Source: Candidatus Heimdallarchaeota archaeon
GTDB taxonomy: Archaea > Asgardarchaeota > Heimdallarchaeia > Heimdallarchaeales > Heimdallarchaeaceae
Length of the DNA: 63,699 nucleotides
Reading direction: 5' to 3'
Assembly: GCA_019057815.1 (NCBI GenBank)
Contig: JAHLWR010000022.1
Location: 1 to 63,699, forward strand
The translations under genes were made by a program, and so were the position numbers. Below are positions 49,761 through 59,237 of the stretch, piece after piece (the stretch's first letter is position 1; each line of letters opens with the position of its first letter). Below the pieces are notes generated by a model. It ran no database searches and was not told the DNA's origin. It saw only the letters and a list, made by a program, of their open reading frames with translations.

Positions 49761-50624
49761 TTAATATTTGTAGAATCCTTCTCCTGTTTTTCTCCCTAAT
49801 TTTCCTTCTTCAACCATTTTTTTAAGAAGAGGGTGTGTTTTATATTTTTCTCCTAGCTGTGATGAGATATACTCGCCCATGTAGAAAACCACATCTAAAC
49901 CAATGTAATCGCTTAGTTCAAAAGGACCCATAGGATGATTTAATCCAAGTTTTATTGCTTGATCTATATGTTCTTTTTCAGCTATACCCTCATCAAATAT
50001 AGAGTATGCTTCATTCAAGAATTGCCATAGAACACGATTGACAATAAATCCAGGTGATTCGTTAGATGGAACAGATATTTTCCCCAATTTATCACTTAAT
50101 TTTGTGATTGTATCAACAGTTGTAGAACTAGTCTCTTTGCCTTTTACAATCTCTATTAGTTTCATCACAGTTGGTGGATTAAAGAAATGCATACCTATAA
50201 CCTTACTTGCGCGATTAGTTACAGAAGCTAGTTCTGTGATACTAATGGTTGATGTATTACTTGCAAAGATTACGCCTTCATTGCATATCTTATCCAGTTT
50301 TGAAAAGAGTAATTTTTTTGCTTTTTCATTTTCAATAATAGCCTCTATCACTAATTCCACACCCTCCATTGCTTTTTTAATATCAAGCATTGGAATAATA
50401 TGTGATATTATGCTTTCTACTTTTTCTACTGTTAGTTTTCCTTTTTCAACACTTCTCTTGAGAAGTTTATTTATTTTCTCAATTCCAGAGTCTAACAATG
50501 GCTGTTCAATATCAACCAAATGAACATAAATTCCACTTTTTGCAAATAAAAGTGCAATTCCACTACCCATGGCTCCTGCACCAATTACTGCAACTTTAGT
50601 AATTTCGGGATTCATAATAACCAC
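49761..50624 (-). CDS. hbd: 3-hydroxybutyryl/3-hydroxyacyl-CoA dehydrogenase
   Basis: GAGAMGSGIA, ASNTS, GMHFFNP, PGFIVNR, HPMGPF, GRKTGEGFY. Confidence 0.93.
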   Translation of the reverse strand: MVIMNPEITKVAVIGAGAMGSGIALLFAKSGIYVHLVDIEQPLLDSGIEKINKLLKRSVEKGKLTVEKVESIISHIIPMLDIKKAMEGVELVIEAIIENEKAKKLLFSKLDKICNEGVIFASNTSTISITELASVTNRASKVIGMHFFNPPTVMKLIEIVKGKETSSTTVDTITKLSDKLGKISVPSNESPGFIVNRVLWQFLNEAYSIFDEGIAEKEHIDQAIKLGLNHPMGPFELSDYIGLDVVFYMGEYISSQLGEKYKTHPLLKKMVEEGKLGRKTGEGFYKY

Positions 50625-50784
50625 TAGTTCGATTAGTATTCTTTAATTTAATAAATCTATAGTACAAAATTATTTTTGATTCTTACGAATACAATTTCTT
50701 AATTTACAATTTTATTTAATGTAAGTTTTTAGTAATACATCTTCTTTTATTAATTGTTAGAATTCTTTGTCTAGGTGTCTTTAT

Positions 50785-51336
50785 ATGGGATCGTCAATTG
50801 ACGTAAAATTTCGGGATTATGATGTATACAAGTTAGTTGTCTGTGGTCCTGGAGAATCAGGAAAAACTTCGATTTGTAAGCGTATAATAGAAAATAAATT
50901 CTTAAAACAGTACAATCCCACAGTAGGAGCGGAATTCCATTCTTTCGCTTTCAGAAAATCAAAAGAAAAAGCAGTAGCACTATTTTATGATATGGCTGGA
51001 CAAGACAGGTTTAAAGTTGTAAGGAATTTGTTTTACCCAGGAACGAAGGCAGTTGCAATAGTATTTGACGTTTCAAAAAGAGAATCATTTCGAGAAGTAG
51101 CCAATTGGATTAGAGAAATAAGAAAGAATCTTGCAGATTTAGATATTACTATTGTAGGAAATAAATCAGATCTTACTAGAGAAATAGGTAGAGAAGATGC
51201 TGAGAGAATTTTTGAAAAACTAGGCTGTAAGTATTTAGAGACATCTGCAAAAACAGGAGAAGGAATAGGAGATCTTTTGAAGAACATGGTAGGTTCAGCT
51301 ATTAACTTCTCTAAAATAAGAACATATGCAGAATAA
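50785..51336 (+). CDS. Rab-like small GTPase
   Basis: GPGESGKTS, PTVGAEF, DMAGQDRF, GNKSD, ETSAK. Confidence 0.92.
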   Translation: MGSSIDVKFRDYDVYKLVVCGPGESGKTSICKRIIENKFLKQYNPTVGAEFHSFAFRKSKEKAVALFYDMAGQDRFKVVRNLFYPGTKAVAIVFDVSKRESFREVANWIREIRKNLADLDITIVGNKSDLTREIGREDAERIFEKLGCKYLETSAKTGEGIGDLLKNMVGSAINFSKIRTYAE

Positions 51337-51396
51337 ACATCTATTCTTATTTGATTAAGCACAAACTTTTTTTGTATTTGAAAAAGATATAATCTA

Positions 51397-51783
51397 ATGA
51401 AGCGAAAAAGAAGAATAACAACCATAAATATCTATGTTATTCAATACCTAATTTTTGCATTAGGAGCGATGATGTTTATTATAGGTATTTATCTTTATAA
51501 TCAAGAGATATTTATAGCAGGTTTCATTTTAGGCGTCATGGGGATGGTTTTTGTTTTTCTTTCATACTTATATGCTCGAATGGGAGCTAAAGTCATTGGA
51601 ACTAATTGCCCAAACTGTTATGGAACAGGATACATTAATGTTGGAACAGGAAAAAGTGCAAGGGAAGAAACTTGCACTGTGTGTCAAGGGACAGGAAAGA
51701 TGTACGATAAAGCCAAAATGCACCTAATAAAAGAAAAAGATAAAAGAAATGAAAAATTAGAAGAAAAGAATGAATCTCTCTAA
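51397..51783 (+). CDS. two-TM protein with DnaJ-type zinc finger
   Basis: Two TM helices followed by CPNCYGTG and CTVCQGTG. Confidence 0.75.
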   Translation: MKRKRRITTINIYVIQYLIFALGAMMFIIGIYLYNQEIFIAGFILGVMGMVFVFLSYLYARMGAKVIGTNCPNCYGTGYINVGTGKSAREETCTVCQGTGKMYDKAKMHLIKEKDKRNEKLEEKNESL

Positions 51784-51920
51784 ACCCATTTTTGGCCTAA
51801 AAAGTTATGTTATCTCCTTATAATAAGTGAGAAGTTATATTATGTCTTAAGAACCTTTTGCGGTAAATAAAAGAACAAAACTTCTTTATAGTTTTCGTAT
51901 TTTAGTACATTAGATAATCT

Positions 51921-52433
51921 ATGGTTATTCTAGAAACCATTCATGGTACTGGTAGAGGAAAAACAACAAATGCAACTGGAAGAATTTTTTCTGCATTCAT
52001 GAAGCAGAAGAAAATCTTTGTTATTCAGTTTTTGAAATCTGGTAAAGAGTGTGGAGAATGTTCATTTTTCAACGAGTTTGCAGAGAATAAATGGTTTAGC
52101 ATAGGTGAAGAAGGTTTTTTCTACGACTTTAGGAAAGAGAACAAAGAACTAAAGTTGCTTATTAAAAGAGAATTAGCTAAAATAATAGAAACTCTAAGAT
52201 TAGAATCAATTGATGTTTTATTACTAGATGAGCTTGGTATTGTATTATTCTACAACCTAATAGACTGGGACATGGTTGTACCAATATTTGAATATGTGAA
52301 AGAAAGGGTTATAATCACAGGAAGGAAAATACCTATTTGGTTACTAGAAAAATCAGTCAAATCCCTTGAGATAAGAGAAATAAAACATCCATATGAGATG
52401 GGAATAAAAGCTAGGCGAGGTATTGATTTTTAG
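51921..52433 (+). CDS. cobO: cob(I)alamin adenosyltransferase (CobA/CobO/BtuR)
   Basis: GTGRGKTT, IQFLK, LLDE, ITGR, IKHPY..G..ARRGIDF. Confidence 0.9.
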   Translation: MVILETIHGTGRGKTTNATGRIFSAFMKQKKIFVIQFLKSGKECGECSFFNEFAENKWFSIGEEGFFYDFRKENKELKLLIKRELAKIIETLRLESIDVLLLDELGIVLFYNLIDWDMVVPIFEYVKERVIITGRKIPIWLLEKSVKSLEIREIKHPYEMGIKARRGIDF

Positions 52434-52477
52434 CAAAATTTCTCTAACCCCAATTTTACAAAAAGTAATAACAGCTT

Positions 52478-52557
52478 TTTTAACTTTCGAAGAGGTGTCC
52501 CTTCGAAGAAGTTAAAATGTCATTGACACATTGTTAAATTGAGTATAGCTTTAAATA
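52478..52557 (+). promoter_or_regulatory. radA upstream region with inverted repeats and TATA box
   Basis: Imperfect IR 52478-92 / 52501-17; TGTCA-T-TGACA at 52518-28; TTTAAATA at 52550-57. Confidence 0.5.
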
Positions 52558-52600
52558 GTTATATCTCTCTAAACAACTAGATTATGGTGGCGGCAGTAAG

Positions 52601-53902
52601 ATGAGTAAAAAAGCTTCTAAACAAGAAAATGATAAATCTAAAGAAATTGAGGATGAATATGAAGAACTTTTAATTGAAGAAGCTCAAAAACAAGAAAGTG
52701 AAACAATCAAAGAAGTTCCTGATCTTGAATTGGAAGATACTCCTGGTTTAGGAAAAAAAACTTTGGAAGTCCTTCAAGAAAACAACATTATGACCATAGA
52801 CCAACTTATGACAACAAGATTACTTGAATTGCAAGAGATGGGAATCCAACGAGCCATCGCAAAGAAATGCCGTGCTGAAATTACTAAAATTGTTCCCAAA
52901 TACAAATATTTTAAAGAGGAAATTGGTTTGGAAGACCTTCCAGGAGTAGGGAAAACAACCGCAGTAGCGATGAGAGAAAAAGGGTTAAATGTATATCTTA
53001 TTGAAACAACCCCAATCCGTGAGTTAGAAGAAAAATATGGTGTAACTTCTAGTTCTGCTATAAAATACAAGGAAGGTTTAAAGCAACTAAGGGGTGGGAT
53101 TGATTTTATTAATGCATTTGACATAATGGAAAAACAAAGAGATGCCCCAGCATTTACATATGGTCTTAAATCCCTTGATGCACTAACGACGATAGAAGAA
53201 TTAGGTATAGCAGGTGTTAGATTAGGAGAAACAGTTGAAATGTTTGGTGCATTCCGATCAGGAAAATCACAAATTTGTCATCAATTATGTGTTACAGTCC
53301 AATTACCACTAGAATTAGGGGGTGTTAATAAAAAAGCTGTTTTCATTGATACTGAAGGTACGTTTAGTCCAAGTAGAATAAAAGCTATGCATGGAAGACT
53401 TCAAAAGACGTTAGGTTGGACTAAAAAATTTGAAGACGTTCTTAAAGACATAACATATGCAAGAGCTTATAATTCAGATCATCAAATGAGTCTATCAGAG
53501 CGTTTATTAGAGCTGTTTTACCATAAAAGAGATGAATATGGCGTAGTTGTAGTAGATTCTGCCACAGCACATTTCAGAGCTGAATATGCAGGAAGGGGGA
53601 CATTGGCAGAGAGACAGCAAACAATTAATCACCATCTAAGCATTCTAGGAAGAATAGCAGATACTTATAATGTTGCAGTGGTTATAACAAACCAAGTTCA
53701 ATCTAATCCAGCAGCTTTCTTTGGTGACCCAACACAAGCAATTGGAGGAAATATTCTTGGTCATTGGGCAATTACCCGATTGTACCTTCGTAAATCAAAA
53801 GGAGAAAAACGTATAGTTCGTATTTATGATTCACCATATTTACCTGAGTCTGAAGCTGTATTTGCAATAACTCCTGAAGGCTGTGAAGACATCGAAACTT
53901 AA
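52601..53902 (+). CDS. radA: DNA repair and recombination protein RadA
   Basis: GAFRSGKSQ, IDTEGTF, VVDS, FRAEYAGRG.LAERQ, TNQV, DSPYLPE. Confidence 0.95.
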   Translation: MSKKASKQENDKSKEIEDEYEELLIEEAQKQESETIKEVPDLELEDTPGLGKKTLEVLQENNIMTIDQLMTTRLLELQEMGIQRAIAKKCRAEITKIVPKYKYFKEEIGLEDLPGVGKTTAVAMREKGLNVYLIETTPIRELEEKYGVTSSSAIKYKEGLKQLRGGIDFINAFDIMEKQRDAPAFTYGLKSLDALTTIEELGIAGVRLGETVEMFGAFRSGKSQICHQLCVTVQLPLELGGVNKKAVFIDTEGTFSPSRIKAMHGRLQKTLGWTKKFEDVLKDITYARAYNSDHQMSLSERLLELFYHKRDEYGVVVVDSATAHFRAEYAGRGTLAERQQTINHHLSILGRIADTYNVAVVITNQVQSNPAAFFGDPTQAIGGNILGHWAITRLYLRKSKGEKRIVRIYDSPYLPESEAVFAITPEGCEDIET

Positions 53903-53914
53903 CAGAAATCATTT

Positions 53915-54565
53915 TTATAATTGTAACTTATGTCCACATCCCCCACAGTGTCTCCAGTCAACGTCAATTATTTTACCACAGTTTTTACAAAAACTTCTTT
54001 GAGATAAAGGAATATCATCAGCATTCAACATTGGTTTGTAATTTTGGTTCTCATAACCAGATTTAGACACAGAACTAAATCCCAACATCCTCTTTGTATT
54101 AGTTTCTGTATGCTCAGAGCTATATAACGAGTCTGAGTTTGTAACATTGTTTCTGTGATCGCTACTATTAGTCTCGGGATTAATAACACTGTGAATATCA
54201 AGACTACCTTCATCTATCTCAATATTATCAATATAAGCTTTAGAGGAGTCAAGACTTTTACTAAATGGGAAGAATGTATTTTGAGTATTATTTAACAATT
54301 CTTTATTTTCCATTTGTGACACTATTTTTTTATAATCATCTATATTATTTGAAGAATCATAGAATTTACACATTTTAGATAGTTGGCAGCTATTTGTTTC
54401 ATAGTTTAGATTTGGGGAAGAATCGATGAAACTTCTACCAATAAGAAGAGAATCATTTACAACATCAAATTTGAGTCTATTTTCAATTAAAACCTTAAAA
54501 ACATCCTTGGGATCATACTTTTTCCCATTTATTTCAATAATACCCTTTATATTATTGAGATTCAT
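53915..54565 (-). CDS. hypothetical protein with C-terminal zinc ribbon
   Basis: FCKNCG....W.HCGGCG at the C-terminus. Confidence 0.7.
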   Translation of the reverse strand: MNLNNIKGIIEINGKKYDPKDVFKVLIENRLKFDVVNDSLLIGRSFIDSSPNLNYETNSCQLSKMCKFYDSSNNIDDYKKIVSQMENKELLNNTQNTFFPFSKSLDSSKAYIDNIEIDEGSLDIHSVINPETNSSDHRNNVTNSDSLYSSEHTETNTKRMLGFSSVSKSGYENQNYKPMLNADDIPLSQRSFCKNCGKIIDVDWRHCGGCGHKLQL

Positions 54566-54643
54566 AACTCTTCAAGTATACTTAGATATTATGAAAAATA
54601 AAAAATTAGTATCATATCGATATGTACGTAGGTATTACGTTTT

Positions 54644-55369
54644 CTATTCGCCACGTTCGTGCTTTGTTTCAATAGCCTTAACAACTCTTGTTAACCAGTC
54701 ATCAAGTTTGGCTACTAATTCACTATGAACTTCTGGTTGTATAACTTCAGTTTCAGGCATCTTTCTAATTCGCTGAATCCAAGAGTTGAGTTCATATAGC
54801 ATGGGTGACATACCAACGTATGCCTCAATTTCTTGTTTTAATTCTTCTAACATCCCTGCTCCTGATGCACAACTAGTCTGTGGACTTAGCATTTGAGATA
54901 TATGTTTGAATTTAGTTGATATTGCAGTAATTGCAATACCTGTATCGTCTGCAGCAATGAAGGAATCTTCTTCTTCTTCTTTTAATCCTGGAGAAACATA
55001 TGGTTGCTCTTCAACTATTGGATCTTTCACTTCATATGATGGTTCAAGCACTTCAGAGCTAGAGAGAGAAGGTTTCGTTTCAGTAACAGGTTGTGATGCC
55101 ACAGTTGTCGCACTATCAATCTTAGCATTAATGGTTGCCAACATATTCATTAAAATCGAGACATCTTTTACTGGAGTAAGACTTTTGGTAATATTTTGCT
55201 CTAGAGAAGAAAGTTTACTATCGATATTTGTCATGCCTTCTAGATTCTTTTCCAAGACACCAATTTTCTCATTTAGCATAGCCATTGATTCTTGTACACT
55301 TCGCACGAGATTTGATAGCATGTTTATTGAATTTACAAGTTGTACCAACATTTCTTCTGGATTATTCAT
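54644..55369 (-). CDS. coiled-coil hypothetical protein
   Basis: N-terminal heptads, acidic linker, helical C-domain. Confidence 0.7.
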   Translation of the reverse strand: MNNPEEMLVQLVNSINMLSNLVRSVQESMAMLNEKIGVLEKNLEGMTNIDSKLSSLEQNITKSLTPVKDVSILMNMLATINAKIDSATTVASQPVTETKPSLSSSEVLEPSYEVKDPIVEEQPYVSPGLKEEEEDSFIAADDTGIAITAISTKFKHISQMLSPQTSCASGAGMLEELKQEIEAYVGMSPMLYELNSWIQRIRKMPETEVIQPEVHSELVAKLDDWLTRVVKAIETKHERGE

Positions 55370-55516
55370 ACATTCTCACACTTAAAAAGAATAGAAAAGG
55401 GTATAAAAAGATTTTTAGACTGCTAAACACGGAAATAAATTCTTGTTCTAACAGAACCATGATGAGAGAGACGTAATCTTAATATAGTTAACACCCTTCT
55501 GGTAAGTGAGGCTATT

Positions 55517-55669
55517 ATGAGTGAAAGAGATATTGTTGAGTTGTTAGTTAGATGGAGTTCTATCGCCCGAATGCTAGAAAGAAAAGAGTTTAAGGTGTTA
55601 GCTGGTGATCAAAAGGGATTAATTGCAGCTTTAGTTCTTATCTTGCTGGAACTCCAACAAAGAAGGTAA
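55517..55669 (+). CDS. putative 50-aa small protein upstream of the E2 (not in ORF track)
   Basis: MSERDIVELLVRWSSIARMLERKEFKVLAGDQKGLIAALVLILLELQQRR*; GTGAGG ribosome-binding site. Confidence 0.65.
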   Translation: MSERDIVELLVRWSSIARMLERKEFKVLAGDQKGLIAALVLILLELQQRR

Positions 55670-55699
55670 AATTTGATAGTATAGTATGAGGGTAAAATA

Positions 55700-56167
55700 A
55701 TGTTATCTGAGGAGGAATTTTGGCCTAGAATAGCAATAGAGGCGAATGAACTAAGAAAAGAGTTGCCAACTTTCAATCCTATCAATAACAATACTTTAAA
55801 ATGGCTCGGTTTTATTTTTGGCGCCGGTCTTTATGAAGGAGGAGTTTTTGTTTTAGAAATAGAAATTCCAAGAGAATACCCATTTAAGCCTCCAAAAGTA
55901 AAAATGTTGACCAAGATTTTTCATGCAAATGTTTTCGATACACGTATCTGTGTAGGTGTATTAGGTGCAGATTGGACGCCTGCTAATAACTTAGTTGACG
56001 TAATCGAATCCATTCGTTTCATCTTAAGTAGCCCAAATCCAGATGATCCTCTAAATTCAACTGCTGCTAACTTAATGAAGAGAGATCCTAAAGCTTTTAC
56101 AATTAAAGTCCGTGAATATGTCGAAAAACACGCTAATTTTAGTCAAATAGAAAAATTTGGCCTATAA
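55700..56167 (+). CDS. ubiquitin-conjugating enzyme E2
   Basis: YEGG.F, YPFKPPKV, IFHANV...RIC (catalytic Cys), W.PA, PNPDDPLN..AA. Confidence 0.93.
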   Translation: MLSEEEFWPRIAIEANELRKELPTFNPINNNTLKWLGFIFGAGLYEGGVFVLEIEIPREYPFKPPKVKMLTKIFHANVFDTRICVGVLGADWTPANNLVDVIESIRFILSSPNPDDPLNSTAANLMKRDPKAFTIKVREYVEKHANFSQIEKFGL

Positions 56168-56287
56168 ATTCCAAAAGTTGATATTTCCATTTTAGGAGAA
56201 CGGTATAATGTAGTAGTGTTTGATGCAAATACAACAATAATCTTCACTCTTGTAAGAAATTTTATTTACTCACACCCTCTATGATAA

Positions 56288-57118
56288 TTGATGTCGGAAG
56301 AAAAGATCCTTCACAAAGGTTACATTCAAGAAATTTTCTCGTCCTTTCAAGGTGAAGGGGTAGCTTTCGAAGGAAGTTGCTATGGTTTAAGGCAAATATT
56401 TGTTAGATTCGCGGGGTGTCCTTTAGCATTAGGAAAAGAAGGAACTGCTGGTTGTTTATGGTGCGATTCTCCACAAGCTCAAAAAGAGCACCCCAAATAC
56501 TGCTCTATCGAAACAGAAGCTGGAAGTCAACAATTCACAAAAAAAGAGAATCCTATAATTCTAAAGCATGTTTTGGATAACATTCAACAATTAACAACAA
56601 AGGACCTTCATTCTATTAGTTTAACAGGGGGAGAACCATTACACCAACCAAAATTTCTTAAAGATATTATCTTAAACTTAAAACAAAAAAAGTACAAAAT
56701 ATTCCTTGAAACCGCGTATGCTGAAAATCTCCAATTTCTAGAAGAAATAGCTCGTAATATTGACTTTGCATGTGTTGATATAAAAGATAAAAGTGCAGAA
56801 GCAACAACAAAGTGGGAAGAGTTAGTGGAAAGAGAGGTTAAGATGTGCAGGATTTTAAGAGATGCAGGAACTAAAGTTTTTTCTAAAATTGTTCTATCTA
56901 AATCCTCAAAAATTAGTGATTTCGAGTTGGTCGCAAAACTGTGTGGAGAAGTAAATATACCTATGGCAATTCAATTAGTTTCACCAACAAAGAAGTCAAA
57001 CGTACAGTCACTTACTTGGGATCAACTAGTTAGTTTCACTGAAACAGCTGCAAAGTATTTGCCTCCTGAAAAAATTGGTATATCAGCTCAGGTTCATAAA
57101 CTATTAAATATTCTATAA
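56288..57118 (+). CDS. queE: 7-carboxy-7-deazaguanine synthase QueE
   Basis: EIFSSFQGEG, FVRFAGC...CLWCD, LTGGEPL, QVHK. Confidence 0.9.
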   Translation: MMSEEKILHKGYIQEIFSSFQGEGVAFEGSCYGLRQIFVRFAGCPLALGKEGTAGCLWCDSPQAQKEHPKYCSIETEAGSQQFTKKENPIILKHVLDNIQQLTTKDLHSISLTGGEPLHQPKFLKDIILNLKQKKYKIFLETAYAENLQFLEEIARNIDFACVDIKDKSAEATTKWEELVEREVKMCRILRDAGTKVFSKIVLSKSSKISDFELVAKLCGEVNIPMAIQLVSPTKKSNVQSLTWDQLVSFTETAAKYLPPEKIGISAQVHKLLNIL

Positions 57119-57139
57119 TAATAAGAGGTAGATAATCGA

Positions 57140-58111
57140 ATGTCTTTTCACAGTGAAAAAATGTCTGATATTCAAGCTGCTGATGCTAGAATTAAACTTG
57201 GCTTAAGGCGAGTTGGAGTTACTAATATACCAAAAATAATCAGAAGGAAATGGAAGGGTCAATATAACGAACTCTCTGCAAAGGTTGACGTTTTTGTAGA
57301 TTTAATTCCATCTCAAAGAGGAATACACATGTCTCGCAACATTGAAGTGATAAATGAAGTGATAAATGAAGTGACATCATCTTTGATGGGAGAATTAATC
57401 AGCAACACTGAAGAATTATGCGCAAAAATAGCTAAAAAAGTATTGCTTGCACAACCAGGTGCAAAACATGCAGAAGTAAGGTTAAAAGCTGATTACGAGG
57501 CAGAAACCTTTTCAGAAGCACTTTGGAAGAAAAAATTAAGTGTTCATACTCTTAGAGCTGGAGCAAATGCTGAGCGTACAGAAGAGGGTATAAACATAAT
57601 TAAGATTATAGGAGCTGAAGTAGAAGGGACAACAGTATGTCCTTGCTCACAAGAATTGTCAAAGGATTATGCTAAAGAACAACTCAAGAAAAAAGAATTT
57701 AATGATGAACAAATTAAAACAATTGTTGATATTATCCCCCTGGCTTCCCATAATCAAAGGTCAAAAGCTATTTTACTTTTAGAATTGCCCACGAGTGCTA
57801 AGAGAGTTGAGCTAGATGACATCATAAAAATATTAGAGATAAGCATGAGTGCGCCACTTCATGAATTATTAAAACGAAAGGATGAACAAGCAGTTGTTCT
57901 TTACGCACATAGTCGTCCTAGTTTTGTAGAAGATGTAGTACGTACAATACTCTACAATGTAGCTTTCAAATTTGGTTATTTGCCTCCTGAAACGGGTATT
58001 TATGTTAAACAGACAAATTTTGAGAGCATTCATCGTCATAATGCTGTAGCTGAGATTAGAACAACATTAGAAATATTAAAAAAGCAATTAGAGGGGAAAA
58101 AAGGAAAATGA
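57140..58111 (+). CDS. mptA: GTP cyclohydrolase MptA/FolE2 family
   Basis: RVGV, RGIHMSR, TVCPCS, HNQR, LLKR.DE, FVEDVVR, ESIH.HNA. Confidence 0.92.
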   Translation: MSFHSEKMSDIQAADARIKLGLRRVGVTNIPKIIRRKWKGQYNELSAKVDVFVDLIPSQRGIHMSRNIEVINEVINEVTSSLMGELISNTEELCAKIAKKVLLAQPGAKHAEVRLKADYEAETFSEALWKKKLSVHTLRAGANAERTEEGINIIKIIGAEVEGTTVCPCSQELSKDYAKEQLKKKEFNDEQIKTIVDIIPLASHNQRSKAILLLELPTSAKRVELDDIIKILEISMSAPLHELLKRKDEQAVVLYAHSRPSFVEDVVRTILYNVAFKFGYLPPETGIYVKQTNFESIHRHNAVAEIRTTLEILKKQLEGKKGK

Positions 58112-58725
58112 AAAAAGAAGAACTATCACCATATACTATAGTAATTGAAAATTTTCAACAAAAAATTAAGTATGATGGATCCCAAATACTAGCTCATTAC
58201 ACCGCAGAAAAACATGATGTTCTAGGAAACAGTATTTTGCTTTTCAGAGGAAATATGGAATTATCACCAAAAGAGATGGTTGACATTAAAGACGTTCTAC
58301 GTGAGTCTCACTTGGCAAAGGTGCTAATCAGCTCAGATGATGCTTTACATATAATCATAGAGGAATTTGATATTCAACCTCCCAACTTAGAAATCGTATA
58401 TTATCGTTTACGTGTATTAGCGCAACTGATTATCGAACAGCTTCAATTGAAGGGAGTTAAAGTAGCTAGAAAAGGCACTGATTTATTTATAAACGAGAAA
58501 AAACTAAACGTCGGTATTGCAACGATTAGCCAAACAAGTTGTAAAATTCATTTTGGTTTAAATTATTCAGATACAGGAATCCCTTTGCATGTAAATGCAA
58601 TTGGGCTCAAAGAACTAGGTTTTATGGAAGAAGATTTAGAAGAATGGTTACTAACAATAGCTAAAAATTATATAAACGAAATTAGTAAAATAAAAAACGA
58701 TATAGTTAAAACAAAGCCCATCTAG
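58108..58725 (+). CDS. DUF366 family protein (lipoate/biotin-ligase-like fold)
   Basis: YDGSQ, SI..FRG, MVD.KDV, LHII.E.FD, R.GTDL...KKL.V.IAT, IHFG.N. Confidence 0.85.
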   Translation: MKKEELSPYTIVIENFQQKIKYDGSQILAHYTAEKHDVLGNSILLFRGNMELSPKEMVDIKDVLRESHLAKVLISSDDALHIIIEEFDIQPPNLEIVYYRLRVLAQLIIEQLQLKGVKVARKGTDLFINEKKLNVGIATISQTSCKIHFGLNYSDTGIPLHVNAIGLKELGFMEEDLEEWLLTIAKNYINEISKIKNDIVKTKPI

Positions 58726-58733
58726 GTGAAATT

Positions 58734-59192
58734 ATGAAACTAAGAGTATCTGGTGATAAACTAACTATTGCATCTGCACACATGCTCGCAAAACATGATA
58801 AATGTGCTCGTATGCACGGACACAACTATTTTATAGAAGTTGAAATTGAGGGAGAACTTAATGAAAAAAGTATGGTCATTGATTTTAGCGAATTCAAATC
58901 ACGAGTTAGTAAGATAATAAAAAAATATGATCATAAAGTGCTGATACCCTTTAACAGCAAAAATTTCAATATTGATATAAATGATGAACAAGTTACAGTT
59001 TCATCATGTGAAGGTAAAGTATACCGTTTACCAAGAGATGATGTTGAATTTTTACCTTTAGAATCAACAACCGTTGAGTTATTGTCAAAGTTTATTCATG
59101 GCTTAATCAAAAAAGACTATCCACAATTTAAAATAACAGTAATAATGTCAGAAACACCAACAAATGTAGCAATATATACAGAAGATAAATAA
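58734..59192 (+). CDS. queD: 6-carboxytetrahydropterin synthase QueD
   Basis: SAH, C.R.HGHNY, IDF, DHK, TTVE, SETP. Confidence 0.93.
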   Translation: MKLRVSGDKLTIASAHMLAKHDKCARMHGHNYFIEVEIEGELNEKSMVIDFSEFKSRVSKIIKKYDHKVLIPFNSKNFNIDINDEQVTVSSCEGKVYRLPRDDVEFLPLESTTVELLSKFIHGLIKKDYPQFKITVIMSETPTNVAIYTEDK

Positions 59193-59237
59193 ATAAAATG
59201 GATTTTAATAAAAATATAAGCATTTAAGAGGGATAAA

